Assembly: GCA_964304625.1 (NCBI GenBank)
Contig: OZ199839.1
Coordinates: forward strand, 8,540,021-8,604,020
Direction: 5' to 3'
Source of the DNA: Kudoa neothunni
Lineage: Eukaryota; Animalia; Cnidaria
Length of the DNA: 64,000 nucleotides
Both the position numbers and the translations under genes were made by a program. This document shows, in pieces, positions 45,501 to 57,700 of this stretch. Each line of letters starts with the position of its first letter. Position 1 is the stretch's first letter. Below the pieces are notes generated by a model. It ran no database searches, was not told where the DNA came from, and saw only the letters and a program-made list of their open reading frames with translations.

Positions 45501-46564
45501 TATTAGTGATTACAGAGAAGTGGAAATGTTAAAGTACATAAAATTCTAATTTTAATTTAGTTTATTTTAAACTATAGTTACACCTTTTACGATGATAACA
45601 ATAAAAAGCTTGTTTCTCATTCACCCTTAACGCTTAAGTGGGGTTTTATTTCTTATTTTCAAACAGAAATGTGAGCATAATTTTTAATTTGTACTGCTGT
45701 AAATTAAACGCTCCCCTACCTAGTTTGTTTATACCATCAAGTGTTGTAATGTTGAAAGGAGAAGTAAGTGAGATGAGAATTATTCAAAAAATTACCGTAA
45801 TTGTCCGTTGGAAATATTCTATAAACATTTGAAATAAAGGTTATCAACCATGGCCCTTCCGAATTAACAATGGTGAGTGTAAACGTAACCAAACTCACAT
45901 ACATCGCCCAGAAGAAATACTTAAAAATTAAGAATGTTGATGTAATAACATTGGAGATATATTCAAAATAAATAAATTAATTAATTAATTAATTAAAAGT
46001 GTGATACCGTTCTATATTGGAAAAATAACACTCTAATTGATAATTGCGAAGAAATTGATTGTGTGAATGAAGCTGAAGCCATTAATTGTGTGATCAAAAT
46101 GCTAAAAAAGATGGATAGTTATACTTTCCACATTTCAATGATGATACGAAATGAATCAATGGGTTATTTTGTATTTAGTTGGATATATTTAGACTGCTTG
46201 AAATTACGAAAATCGATTATTAAATATTTATAGATGCATAATTCCTCAAACGTTGAAATAAAATCGTTAGTGTCCCTTGTCAATGAAACCTACTATTTAT
46301 TTGGTGAAAATCATGCAGTTAGTACAAATAATCGATACAAATAAAACTACATTAATAATCTAGGAATCTTTTGTCATGATTTCGAAAAATCGATACAAAA
46401 TAAAAACATGGATGATTATGGTAGCCATTGTGGTGGCGATTGTGGTGGTGCTTTCTGTAATGTTGTCATTGAAATATGTAACCAATAAATTTTGAAAAAT
46501 ATTCATACATGATACATTTACTTAGGCAAAAATCCTAAGCAGGCTGAAATATAGACCCAACTAA
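42523..46564 (+). CDS. Integrin alpha subunit, divergent, full length (>20 tiny introns)
   Basis: FG-GAP blades SLFGFSI..IIVSAP..TGRVFEC, LLGFSI..ICAP, IYSAPYW, GDYFGYSM..LIVLAP..GEIYV and DINQDGINDILLS; ENYGKPS; NHGPSEL; TM WMIMVAIVVAIVVVLSVMLSL; tail KYAKILSRLKYRPN*. Junctions checked by eye through about the first half are in frame. No alphaI domain is apparent. Confidence 0.85.
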
Positions 46565-48739
46565 AACCTCTAAATATTAATAAATTTCTGATATTATATC
46601 GGTTCGGTTGTCTCTCTACTTGTGCTCATTCATTATTTAGTTTATTATTGCTTTGTTTGAAAATATATTTCGCGTATTCCTTCCTTTATATAATAAACTA
46701 ATTTATTATATAATTTTATATAATCATGTGCTCAATGTTCATTTAAAATTTAAATAAATATAAGAAAAATGTATATCCATGACATATTTTTTTTATTATT
46801 TTCTCTAAAATCATTTTAAAATAAAATAATGATTTTAATCTATCTAAAAACCAACTAAAACTAATTTTAATGAGTAATAACACCTGAATATCCATCTAAA
46901 ATTATGAAGTAGCGCCATTTTAAATAATATAACTTATTTTTACGAATAATCGTGATATATTCCATAAAAGATTGTTTTAAAAGATAAATTGTGATAATTT
47001 AAAAATATTCATGTATATTTGAAAAGTTGAGAAATCAATTCACATACGTTATACAAAAATATTGTTGTGTATTATCTAATAAATCGTTATTCTCATTATT
47101 TATAATTATATAATATATCTAACTTAGGAAAAAATATACATTAAAATTAAATCTGTTGTATCTAATTTTAAAGCTTCAGCTTTCAATACTTTTAGATATG
47201 GAATAGTTTTGAAAGTGAGAAATTGACAAAACAAAGGCGCGCACGAGAAAAAAATGATCGACGTAAGCGTATTGATTAAACTAGATCAACATTTTCAAAC
47301 AAGGCATAAAATACAATTTTAATGTATTCTTAATCAGCGTGAAATTTTTACGTAGTTACGATATATTCTAATAGGATTTTTATTTTATTATTTTTCTCCA
47401 ACAATTTGATGATAATTGTTGGCAAAAATTTTCGCAATATTTTAAATTTTTAAATCGTTATAACTAGTCATTTATAAGTAATATATTATCTTTAGACCAC
47501 AAAAAATTTAAGAATTGAAATGGTTTATATATTTAATATAACAAAATAAATTATATATTCATTACTTAATTTATTGTTGGTTGAATAATAATAAAATAGT
47601 TAATATTTATAAAAATTTCATTATTAAATATTATATTAATTATTCATATAATTATTATAATTAGTAAGTTTTAATTAATAAGTTTTATATAAGAATATTA
47701 TCAACTCTCAAATGATCATAAATAAATCTACGTGAAATAGTTTGTATGATTGATTTTCCCGCGTATTTTATAGGATAATGCTCTAAACATTCTAATTATA
47801 ACATGTTTAAAATAAATTTTCTTTCTTAAGAATGAATGAATGAATGAAGCATTAGCATATACGGATCAAAGGATCACGTGATTCGGGTGACGATCGACTT
47901 CATCTACGACAATGCGTCCCAATTCATTTTAAATTCCGCACCCATCTACAAATAAAATAAAAAGTGTTTGTTTAATAACGAGGAAATAATTTCAATTAAA
48001 ATTAAATGAAAAGGAAAACAATTAATTCACTTTAACGAGATTACAATGTAATCAAAATAAATAGAACCGATAATAAATTACTTTGACGTTTTTCTAGGCT
48101 TTTATGTGAAATAATTAAATTGGAACGAAGCGCTTTATTAGATAAGGATATAAATAAATCATAATTTGTAAACGAAATAAATATTTAATATATTAGAGCA
48201 AAATATGTGATGTGAATTTCGCGCAAGCGCAAACGATGGCTTTCAGTAATTTTTATTTAATTATAAATTTAAAAGTTAAACGAGGAAAATAAATACATAG
48301 AGAAATTTGGAATTTCATGTGTTAGTCTATATAATTTTTAGGTGCAGATTAATTTAAAATTAAAATATAAAAACTTATAATTACTCAACAAAAACTCTAA
48401 AACAAACAATAACAACGCTTATTAAATTTAAATTTTTACTTTTATTATAAGTTTCTTCAAGAAACACATAAAAAAATTTTAATAACATAACGTTTTCTAA
48501 ATTATTTTCTAGTTTAATTACTTTTCCGATTAAAAGATGAAAATAATAAAATTTTGTACATAAGATCAAAAAACCCTTTAAGTTGGCGAAAACCAACCAG
48601 AGTTCGAAAAACAGCAGCAGAAATCATATTAGTTATATCTTTATATTATTTATCATTTGTTGTTTTATGATTGAAAAGATGAAAATGAATAAATGGAATT
48701 TTTTCTTGGCGCTTTAAAAATATGTATATACTGAATTCT

Positions 48740-51410
48740 TAACACAATTTTCATATTAATTGATATGGGTTTGAAAACGTCCAAATGTTGGGAACCATTG
48801 CGTTAAATAAACTAGTGTACATTCGGTCCCCAAATGAGATTGTCATCCTGTTTTCTCAGCCGATATATAATAATTAGAATCCAAGCTTCTTCTATTCTCG
48901 TAAAGCACGTTTATCTTTACAGGAATAGATTTATTGGAATTTTCATGTGTCATAACAAATTTTATAACAAAAACACCTTTGGAGTATAATTGATGTCCAA
49001 ATGGACCCCAAGATTGTTTTGATATCTAAAAAATATATTATTTTTTAGATTAATCTTTAAATTGAAATTGAATTTAAACCTATTTATATACCAAAATCCA
49101 ACAAATAAGTTAGAAGTTTGCGCCGCCCATGTGTAAGTTTATATTGTGTAAGCATGGATTTCGTTTTGAAAAGTAGCGAGGAAAGTACTGACACTAATGA
49201 AAATGAAACACCCGACCTAATGTACTTCTGTGAACTATGAAAATGTTGGAAATCTCGTGTGTGATGAAAATGACGATTCGCTTGTAGACAACAACAGCAA
49301 TTTATGGGGTGCAATCAAACCAGAGGAAACCAAGGTGGCGGTAGAAAATAAAATGAATGTTCTTCAAGGTGTGCCTATGTACGCCACACAAAGGATCCTT
49401 AGTATTGTAGGATGTTTTCATCATTTCTTCCCAATAGAAATAGTAGAACAACTAATTAAATATACAGCTCAGTGCGGTAAGAATCATTATGGAAATATAT
49501 GAAAAGATTTTGATGTTAATGAAATGCACGGTTTCATTGACTAATTATTGTACATGACTATCCATAAGGATAGGCGAGAGCCTATTGTTGAAATGTTTGG
49601 TTGTGACAAAGTTAGGAGGATATACAAAGATACTTTTTCCTTGTGTAGGTACAGATACAGGTAACTAACAAGAGCACTCCACTTTGATAATGTAGAAACT
49701 ACAGAGGAATACCAGATAAATGATAAATTTTACTCAACTAGAGAAATATGGGACATTTAGGTTAACATGGAAAAAAAAGTTATAACTATGGAAAAAATTT
49801 ATGCCATGATGAACAATTTTGTTTCTTCTAGAGGAAATTGCTCTTTTAGACAATAAATAAAATGTAAGCCAACAAAATATGACTTAAAAGTTTTCCTTTT
49901 GGTAGATCCAGCATATATACTACGTGATTATGGAGTTACTAACGAATTCCAACATCTGCCATTTTAACCTTCTAAGTCACATGAAGATTTACACCCTCCA
50001 ATTATAATTGGGGTCCAATAGACTCCACGTTTTTATTTGATAAAATATTTGATCGATTATATATTCAGTAATTTCATAAATGACGTCGTGCAATGTTGTG
50101 TGCGTACGTGCGAAAGATACAGAAATATTTTAACCACAGCGTATGCGTATGTATTACTTTTGAGATCGCATATTTTCTATAAACATAACTCAAAATTCAG
50201 TTCATTTAATAAAATTAATTCTTTATTTAATTTGTACTTAAATTGATCAAAAACATCCTAATCCTGGCATAGACTATTGCATAAAACAGGAAACATAGAT
50301 ACGCTAGAAATGTTCATTATGGCGGAAACGACACGTAATAAATCCATCTAAATATGCCGTAGTTCACCAACATGGAAAAACATCCTGGATTATTTTGTTA
50401 CCTGAATATTTTCCATACCATCAAAATGTGAAACTCGCATTATTTGGAGAAATTTATGTAACGAGAATAAACCACGATATACCTTTCCTTCTTCTAACTC
50501 AAATATCTCTTTAACCGATTATTGATTATCCCTGTGATATCCCATCAGAAATGGAACAGCTAATGAACCCATCCGATTCGATCCATTTATCACCAAAAAT
50601 TGTTTCCACCCGTGTACTGGTATATTTTTAAAATAATGACGTACATAACAGAATTAAATATAATCCAGAAAGTATCAATTGTACTTTGTAATAAAAATGG
50701 AGAGACACTAGGATGACTATTCATTCATAATATTTGCAACACATGTTCTAGAATCTAGATGCCAACGGTGGGTTCATCGATAATAACGTTCCATTCTTGT
50801 GTATTAATGAGTTAAGTTGTATATCTGTATCAGTATCAAATTTTCCTGACGATAAATAATCATGAATCGAAGAAAATGAATGTGAAGACTCGATATCGGG
50901 ATAATTACTATTAAGATCACTTGAACATATTGAAATTAATGATGGTGTACATGCAATGAAGATTAAGACATGATATTCGTGCAATAAAAAATATATTTAC
51001 TCGATAAAATTTTCCCAAGGTTTTCCCAAAAATTTAATTTAAATAAATACTTTGGGTAATTAGATGAAAAAGTTTTTTAATTAGTGGAATTTTACTACAG
51101 AACATTTTAGAAGAATAGACTGACTGCCAAAAATTTCTCACAAGTTAATGTGTTAGGAAAATTGATAACTAATGTCGCTCGGGTCCAAAAGACCCCAATA
51201 ACACTTAGAGGGTTAACATAATCGGCCGTTCTACTTATATAGAAACATTGCATGTAGGCGCACGTGACAGAAAAAAAAGGAAAAATTATTAACAAAAATA
51301 ACATTTCTAAAGATGATAATTTGTAGATTGATAGAAAACACAATTATTAAACGAAATCACAAAAAACTCTGGGATCCCAATGGACCCAAGTTATTACTCC
51401 GAGGGGGGCT
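48740..51410 (+). mobile_element. Decayed piggyBac (transposase remnant 49150-49920) interrupted by a second piggyBac
   Basis: Remnants include ALHFDN, NDKF, DEQF..SRGNCSFRQ..KCKPTKY. GGTCCAAATGGACCC-type palindromes at ~48995 and ~51372. Outer boundaries are approximate. Confidence 0.6.
49968..51212 (-). mobile_element. piggyBac deletion derivative nested in the previous element
   Basis: TTAA|CCTTCTAAGT ... ACTTAGAGGG|TTAA. Minus-strand remnants (LMGYHRDNQ, GRYIV, MRVSHFD) resemble the 6108-6450 transposase region. Confidence 0.7.
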
Positions 51411-51941
51411 GATTGATTGTTACTAAGAAGACTAAATTAAAAAATATATATTCGAATACAACTAGATAAATAATCATTTTTGTCTTATATATTAAAAAGT
51501 AGAAATAGTGTATTAATAATGCAAATTAATTTTCAATAAAATTTATCGAATGATCCTTGTTTACACGATTTATTTCAGTTACAGTTGCCCACGAATCCCA
51601 CACGATTACATCCCCAAAATACTCCTAATGCGTATAATCTATAATCAGTGTATTACTTACGAAATACTCTCTCTGATGCGTAAAAATATGTTCGTTAATT
51701 AAAGGTCTAGGACCCCCGATCAGTAAGCTGTGATATACAATCCCGCCCCATGATGTTACTTTCAATGTTTTTTTCCAAATTAATTCTGCAAATACATCAG
51801 AATGAAACATTTTACGTCAGATTATTAAAAAAAATAAAACATAGGTAAAATTATCAAGAGTTGGGAAAATTTAGACAATTTTTAGATGCACTTCATTTTT
51901 AACAATAATAATTTTTAAGTATCATTAAAACCAAACATTAA

Positions 51942-53187
51942 CCCTATAACGAACGAGAATGATATTGGGGACGAATCGACCCCAAAATATAATTGAATAA
52001 CGTATAACTTTTTCTCTTTTTATTATAATGTTCTTAAATTCAAGATATTATTTATAAATATATTCTTCTATGTAACTGAGGAAAAATTAGATGATTTAGG
52101 TTTTTTTTTTATGTGGCCAAAATGTGAAGAATACCCCCAAAGATTATTTGAGGTCGATTCGACCCCATCTTTTTATTTCATCATTATATACATGAATTCC
52201 ATTAAATTTGTCATGTGAGATATTAAAAAAATTTACCGACAGAATTCTACGGAAAATCCTAATTTATCCTTGAACTAATCTCACGCAGCCTAATAAAAAA
52301 TTGCTCGTGCACGATTTCAGCGATCGATTACACTAGATATATAAAATATTTTTTCCCAACAGTAATAATTTAGCATCAGGATTATATCTATTGGTTTTAA
52401 ATTTAATTTTTTATTCCATAACGATGAACGATGAGTCATGAGTCTACTAGTAGTGAATATGTGGATGTTAAAATTGAGGATCTCTCAAGAACCTGATGAC
52501 GACGGTCTGGGTATATACGATAAATCATTTGTTAGCAAATATGGGTTATTTTAAAATCTTACAAAAAAATCTACATAAAAACAATCGCAAAAAAAATTAT
52601 TTTGAACTCTCCGCCGCGCCCAACAATAACAATCCATAAAAGGCTTTGGGAGTAAAATCAATGGTTGACTGTTGTTATTTGTGGATTGTGCAATCGCCAT
52701 GTTTCAATGACCCTTCAGTCATATGTTGCATTAGGTGTTTTAAAATTGAAGAAAATTAAACCAAGAGCAATAATACATTACGTAGCTGGTCTCAAGTTAT
52801 GGATGAACGTCGGAATGCGTTATATTTTTAAGTGCACAAAGTCACAAAGCTACCTTATGTTTGTTTTAATTACTCTAAAATTTTAATAACTAGCATCATT
52901 AAATTAGTTTGTATAGATGAATCTCATTTCAAAATGTGGCCGCCATTTCCTCAGTATGTAATAGTATGTAATATTAACGATTTGTAGTGCGGTTGTCTGA
53001 ATCCGTACATTAACAGATTATCGAAGGTTAATGGGCTGGTAAACTTTAATTTACTCAAAACTTCCTCGATAGTTTTCCTGCATATTTTATAAACCGAAAT
53101 AGAATACTTTTTAGAAAAGAAAAATAAAATAAAAATGTGTGGTCGATTTCACCCCAAAATGATTGTTGGAGGTAGGTCGTTAGAGGG
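51942..53187 (+). mobile_element. Non-autonomous piggyBac-like element
   Basis: TTAA|CCCTATAACGA ... TCGTTAGAGGG|TTAA. Subterminal GGTCGAxTCGACCCC-type palindromes. Residual acidic N-terminal and CxxC (CGLCNRHV) fragments. Confidence 0.8.
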
Positions 53188-53245
53188 TTAAATATTTAGA
53201 TATAGATTTTTAGCAGAAAAAGAAAACATGAAACAATAAAAATAT

Positions 53246-54601
53246 TCACATCAATAAATCATGCATGATCTGATATTTTAAAGGATTATCTAGCACATCG
53301 GGATCATTGAGTGCGTAGTATCTGAAATAATCGATGGGTTCGTAATCGTTGAGGTTGTTGAAGCTTCGTTTCACATTGGGTAGGATCTCGCTGAATTTTT
53401 CCACAAAACGGTCGATTTCATCTTTCGGAGTGTTGGATATGGCGCTAATAACGTAAAAAGCAATTTTACAAATTTTTCTTGAGTCATGCAGTACAAATCG
53501 ATTGATTATCTCGTCGAAAAAATCGACAAATTCGCAAAACCACACATACGAAGAGGGGCACATGACATGTTTCCAGTTTTGTATGTACGCAGAGAGACAC
53601 TTGAATATTTCAAACCGGAAAACGTAATCGTATGAGGCGACAAGTGTGGACAGAATTTTTCTAAGATGATCTATATAGATCAGTTGGAATTGAATGGAGC
53701 TTTCCAACTCCATGTATTGGAAAAACAACTCCAAATATTTCATATTGATACTTTTGAGGTTGAGAAATAGTTCTTTATCGAGTTGCTCAGGTTGGCAATA
53801 ATTGTAGTGTAAAAGGAAACGTTCTATGATGCTCAAAATTTGTTCGAGTTCACATGGCGAGTGAGGGTTTAGATGACGTGTTGTGGGTGAAAAACTCTGA
53901 AAGATACGCAACAGATCGTTGGACACATGCTTACAGTAGGAGAGTTGGATGTTGTCGAAAAATTCTCTATCCAAAGTGATTTTGTTAATAATAGGTAGCA
54001 CATATTTGTAGGTGTTTTCAATGAAAATCTTGTAGCGTAAAAGGATATTGAGTGGTGGCATATAATTGTACACCGATGAGTACTCATAGGTGAGTTCTTG
54101 TTGTTGGGTGTCGTCACATTCCTCCACAATCACCACCTCTTTCACCACCACCAACTCAGACGAAATAATACCGAATATCCATAGTAATGTTTGAATTAAT
54201 TTGTAACTATCACATGAAGTTTTAGTTTGGCATGACAGTATCCACGCTTCGGTTAATGCCATTACAGTTTGTTTGTACATATACAAACAACCATGTAGAT
54301 TGGCGACAAATTTCTCCACTGCAATTCTCCCACATTCTTCACTGTGTAACCGCGCATACACTGATTCCATGAAATTCACATATAGATCCACTTTTCTGTC
54401 AATAAAAGCTTCATTGCAATAGTAGGATTGGGGTGAAAAATCGATTCCACTCTCACGTGAACTCACCAACCGATCAATATCCATTTCATCCAAATAGAAA
54501 ATATCGTATTTATATGTGAATTCGGTGAGACATTTTTCGGTTAGATTTCTGTACAACACCCCCATTGGATGAGTGTCAATTGAGCGTGGTGTGGAGGGCA
54601 T
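53246..54601 (-). CDS. Intronless hypothetical protein, ~451 aa, probably alpha-helical
   Basis: 1.36-kb stop-free ORF with elevated GC. First ATG is at 54601; no motif recognised. Confidence 0.75.
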   Translation of the reverse strand: MPSTPRSIDTHPMGVLYRNLTEKCLTEFTYKYDIFYLDEMDIDRLVSSRESGIDFSPQSYYCNEAFIDRKVDLYVNFMESVYARLHSEECGRIAVEKFVANLHGCLYMYKQTVMALTEAWILSCQTKTSCDSYKLIQTLLWIFGIISSELVVVKEVVIVEECDDTQQQELTYEYSSVYNYMPPLNILLRYKIFIENTYKYVLPIINKITLDREFFDNIQLSYCKHVSNDLLRIFQSFSPTTRHLNPHSPCELEQILSIIERFLLHYNYCQPEQLDKELFLNLKSINMKYLELFFQYMELESSIQFQLIYIDHLRKILSTLVASYDYVFRFEIFKCLSAYIQNWKHVMCPSSYVWFCEFVDFFDEIINRFVLHDSRKICKIAFYVISAISNTPKDEIDRFVEKFSEILPNVKRSFNNLNDYEPIDYFRYYALNDPDVLDNPLKYQIMHDLLM

Positions 54602-54708
54602 CTTTTGAAACAATATCTTTCAAAACAAGCCACGACTGGACCACCGCACCGCACCGCACCGCACCGAAAGAGGGTTGATCTCGTTAGTTTTCGGAGAGGG
54701 TAAATAAA
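54602..54708. promoter_or_regulatory. Putative bidirectional promoter with (CGCAC)n repeat
   Basis: Only ~107 bp separate the two divergent ATGs. Contains CACCGCACCGCACCGCACCGCACCG at ~54642-54666. Confidence 0.5.
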
Positions 54709-57700
54709 ATGAAACGCCCTTCTAGTGACACCTTCAAATCAATTAATAACAAAAAAATTAAAACCAATGAAGCCAATCTACGTAAATATACGTTTTATAC
54801 GTGGATGTATGTTAAAAGTCGCATTATGCTCTAATAGAGCGTCCACAGACAAAATATTTCTTTCCTGCTCTTCAGGGTTGCAGAACTATTGACAGTTTTC
54901 TACGTCTGAATCGGATCGAAGAAGGAACATATGGAGTAGTGTTTAGAGCCGAAGATCTTGATACCAGTTAGTTAGTTTACGTTTATTTCGATTTAATTTA
55001 ACACTGATTTTAAATTTTTTTAATATTTTTTAGTATTTTTTATTATTTGTGAATATTTATTTGTGAATATTTATTTGTGAATATTTATTTGTGAATATTT
55101 ATTTGTGAATATTTATTTGTGAATATTTATAGAGGAGATTGTTGCACTTAAACAATTCAAACTGGAAGCCGAAAGAGAGGGATTTCCCATCACCTCGGTT
55201 AGAGAAATTAACACTCTTCTTAAATGCAACCACGAAAATATCGTCAATCTCAAAGTAGCTGAATCTGATTGTGCTATGTGTGTGGTGAACAAGAATAGGA
55301 GATTATTGTGGGGAGAGACATGGATCGAATTTATATGGTGATGGAATTTGTGGAAAATGATTTGAAAAGTTTGATGGTCAATATGCCTGAGCCTTTTATT
55401 ATGGGTAATTCTTAGTTGGTGTTGGTTATAGTTGAATGATTGTATTGCCTATTCGAAATACACTTATGTATGATTAAAATTGTTGGGTGTTGGTAGGCGA
55501 AATCAAGTCATTGCTCAAACAACTGTTAAGCGGAATCAATCATCTCCATAACAATTGGATTATCCATCGAGACATTAAAACCTCCAACCTACTGTTAAAT
55601 AACAGAGGTGTATTGAAAGTGATTACCATTTGATTGATAGGGGTGTTGTTGGTGGATGCTCACAATCGGGTTGATGAACTAACTAATGATGATTGATGTA
55701 GATTGGTGACTTTGGGTTAGCTCGAGAATTTGGATCACCTCTAAATCCCTACACCCCAGTTGTTGTCACCTTGTGGTATAGAGCCCCCGAGTTGTTGCTG
55801 GGAACCAAAACCTACAGCACTGCTATCGATATTTGGTCATGTGGATGTGTGTTTGCTGAGCTACTACTTGGAAACCCATTATTCACACCTAAGTCTGAAA
55901 CCGACGCTATCAACCTCATTTTTAAAGTAATTCAAACCCATTTACAGCATTTTATCTCTCCTAGGAACTTGGCATGCCTAATGATAAAATTTGGCCTGGT
56001 CCACCTGCTTACAGTGAACTGCCTCTCGCTAAGAACGTGGGTTTATTTTTTATTGTGAAATGAATAATGAGGGTGGTTATTGATTCGGAGTAATATGAAG
56101 TTAAACGAGAATTTGAGTTGTTATAGCGAATTTATTATGTTTGTATTAAACTCCAGTCCCTCAAGAAACATTGAGATTTGACGTTTAATATTAATTTAAA
56201 AAAAGGGGTCTTAATTTAATTAATTATATTATTTACGTTATAATCTTTTTTTGGAAACAAATATTGACGGATCTATCTATGAGAAATTTCGGTTCTCTTT
56301 CTAATTTTAAGAGCATTTTCAAATTAACATATTTAAAAAGAAGAAATAAATGAAAACGATGGTAAAAAATTTATATAAGTTATCAGTAATAATTTTTTAT
56401 GTAATGTTAAGCTTTTAGCTTTAAGAACAAAATTAAACTTATTAAGAACTCCCTTAGTCAATTTGTGGTAGTACTAGATAACACAATATTTACAAGTAAG
56501 CTATTACCGAAATAAAGAACAAACGTATAAACTCTAGTGATAAACATTGAGAATAAGATTTTGAATTTTATAGTTATAAATTCGAATATTCCAAGAATCC
56601 TAAAAATTTTTTTGAAGATAACTGCTTCAAATATAGTAAAACGAGGAAGAATGGAATATTTGTAGTCGATTGAAACCAAACTTTGATTTCGAAAACATTA
56701 TGAAATCGCGTCCTAAACTAAACCTATTAATTAATTAATTAATTAATTAATGACTATATGATTATATGATTATAATGGGTAAAAATATTTCGGATTTTTT
56801 AAAGACATTTTTTTATAAAAACCATCTGCAATGAAATTTAAATAAATATAAATAAATATAAATAAATAAATATAAATATTGGCGAGAAATAGTGTCTTCG
56901 AAAAAATTGGAAGGACATGAGACTTTGAATATTTAGATTATTTAGGAAAACTAACCTTAACAGCTATACACAAACCCTTATTTGAGCTCTTGACTGCGCT
57001 TATTACAGTTATTAAAAGCATAATATTTAAAAAAATGAATTGAATTTCTACTCTAAGTTAATTTAAATGATTTAACTATTTTTTTCGTATTTTTTAAGTA
57101 AGTTATTCTATTTTAACATATTTCGAATCCTATGTGAAAATGAGAAATTAGCTTCAATTTTAAATAAAAATGGTTAACTATTGTGGAAAAATTTGTTACC
57201 AAAGGTATTATTGTAATAAAATCTACTTTTATTTTTCTAATTATAATCAATGCATTTAATTAGATTTTTGAATCTTTAAATTTCAATAGGATTTGCTATT
57301 ATTAAATTTTTGTTCGAGACAGTTTTTTACTTTTAATTTCCCTGTCAGAAGCCTCATTCATCTCCTTTTAATTTGCCTTCCGACTGTATCATGTTTGTTG
57401 TGTAGAGACAATTTACTGGCCCCTCGTTTAGTAGTTTGAGAAAACGGTTTGGAACCGTCACAACTGAATGTGGATTGAATCTTTTGTCACGGTAATTTTT
57501 TATTTAAACCATCAATTTGTGATCTTTGAACTTTTTAATACATTCCAAATTTAATTTGTTCTATTAATAATAGATAGATGAGGAAATATTTGCCCAGGTA
57601 GGGCTTTTCCTCATTTTAAATATTTGTAATTAATGGTAATGCCTTTTGGGGCTTATTTTTTTTAATTAACATATTTCAAATGATTATCACTAAGAAAAGT

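Noticed and set aside
55045-55128. CRISPR-like array
   Set aside because: Contiguous identical 14-mers with no spacers, inside a eukaryotic intron.
57578-57616. Hairpin ATGAGGAAA..GCCC..GGGC..TTTCCTCAT in a CDK11 intron as a snoRNA or miRNA
   Set aside because: Single short stem with no convincing H/ACA or C/D boxes; cannot be supported without a covariance search.
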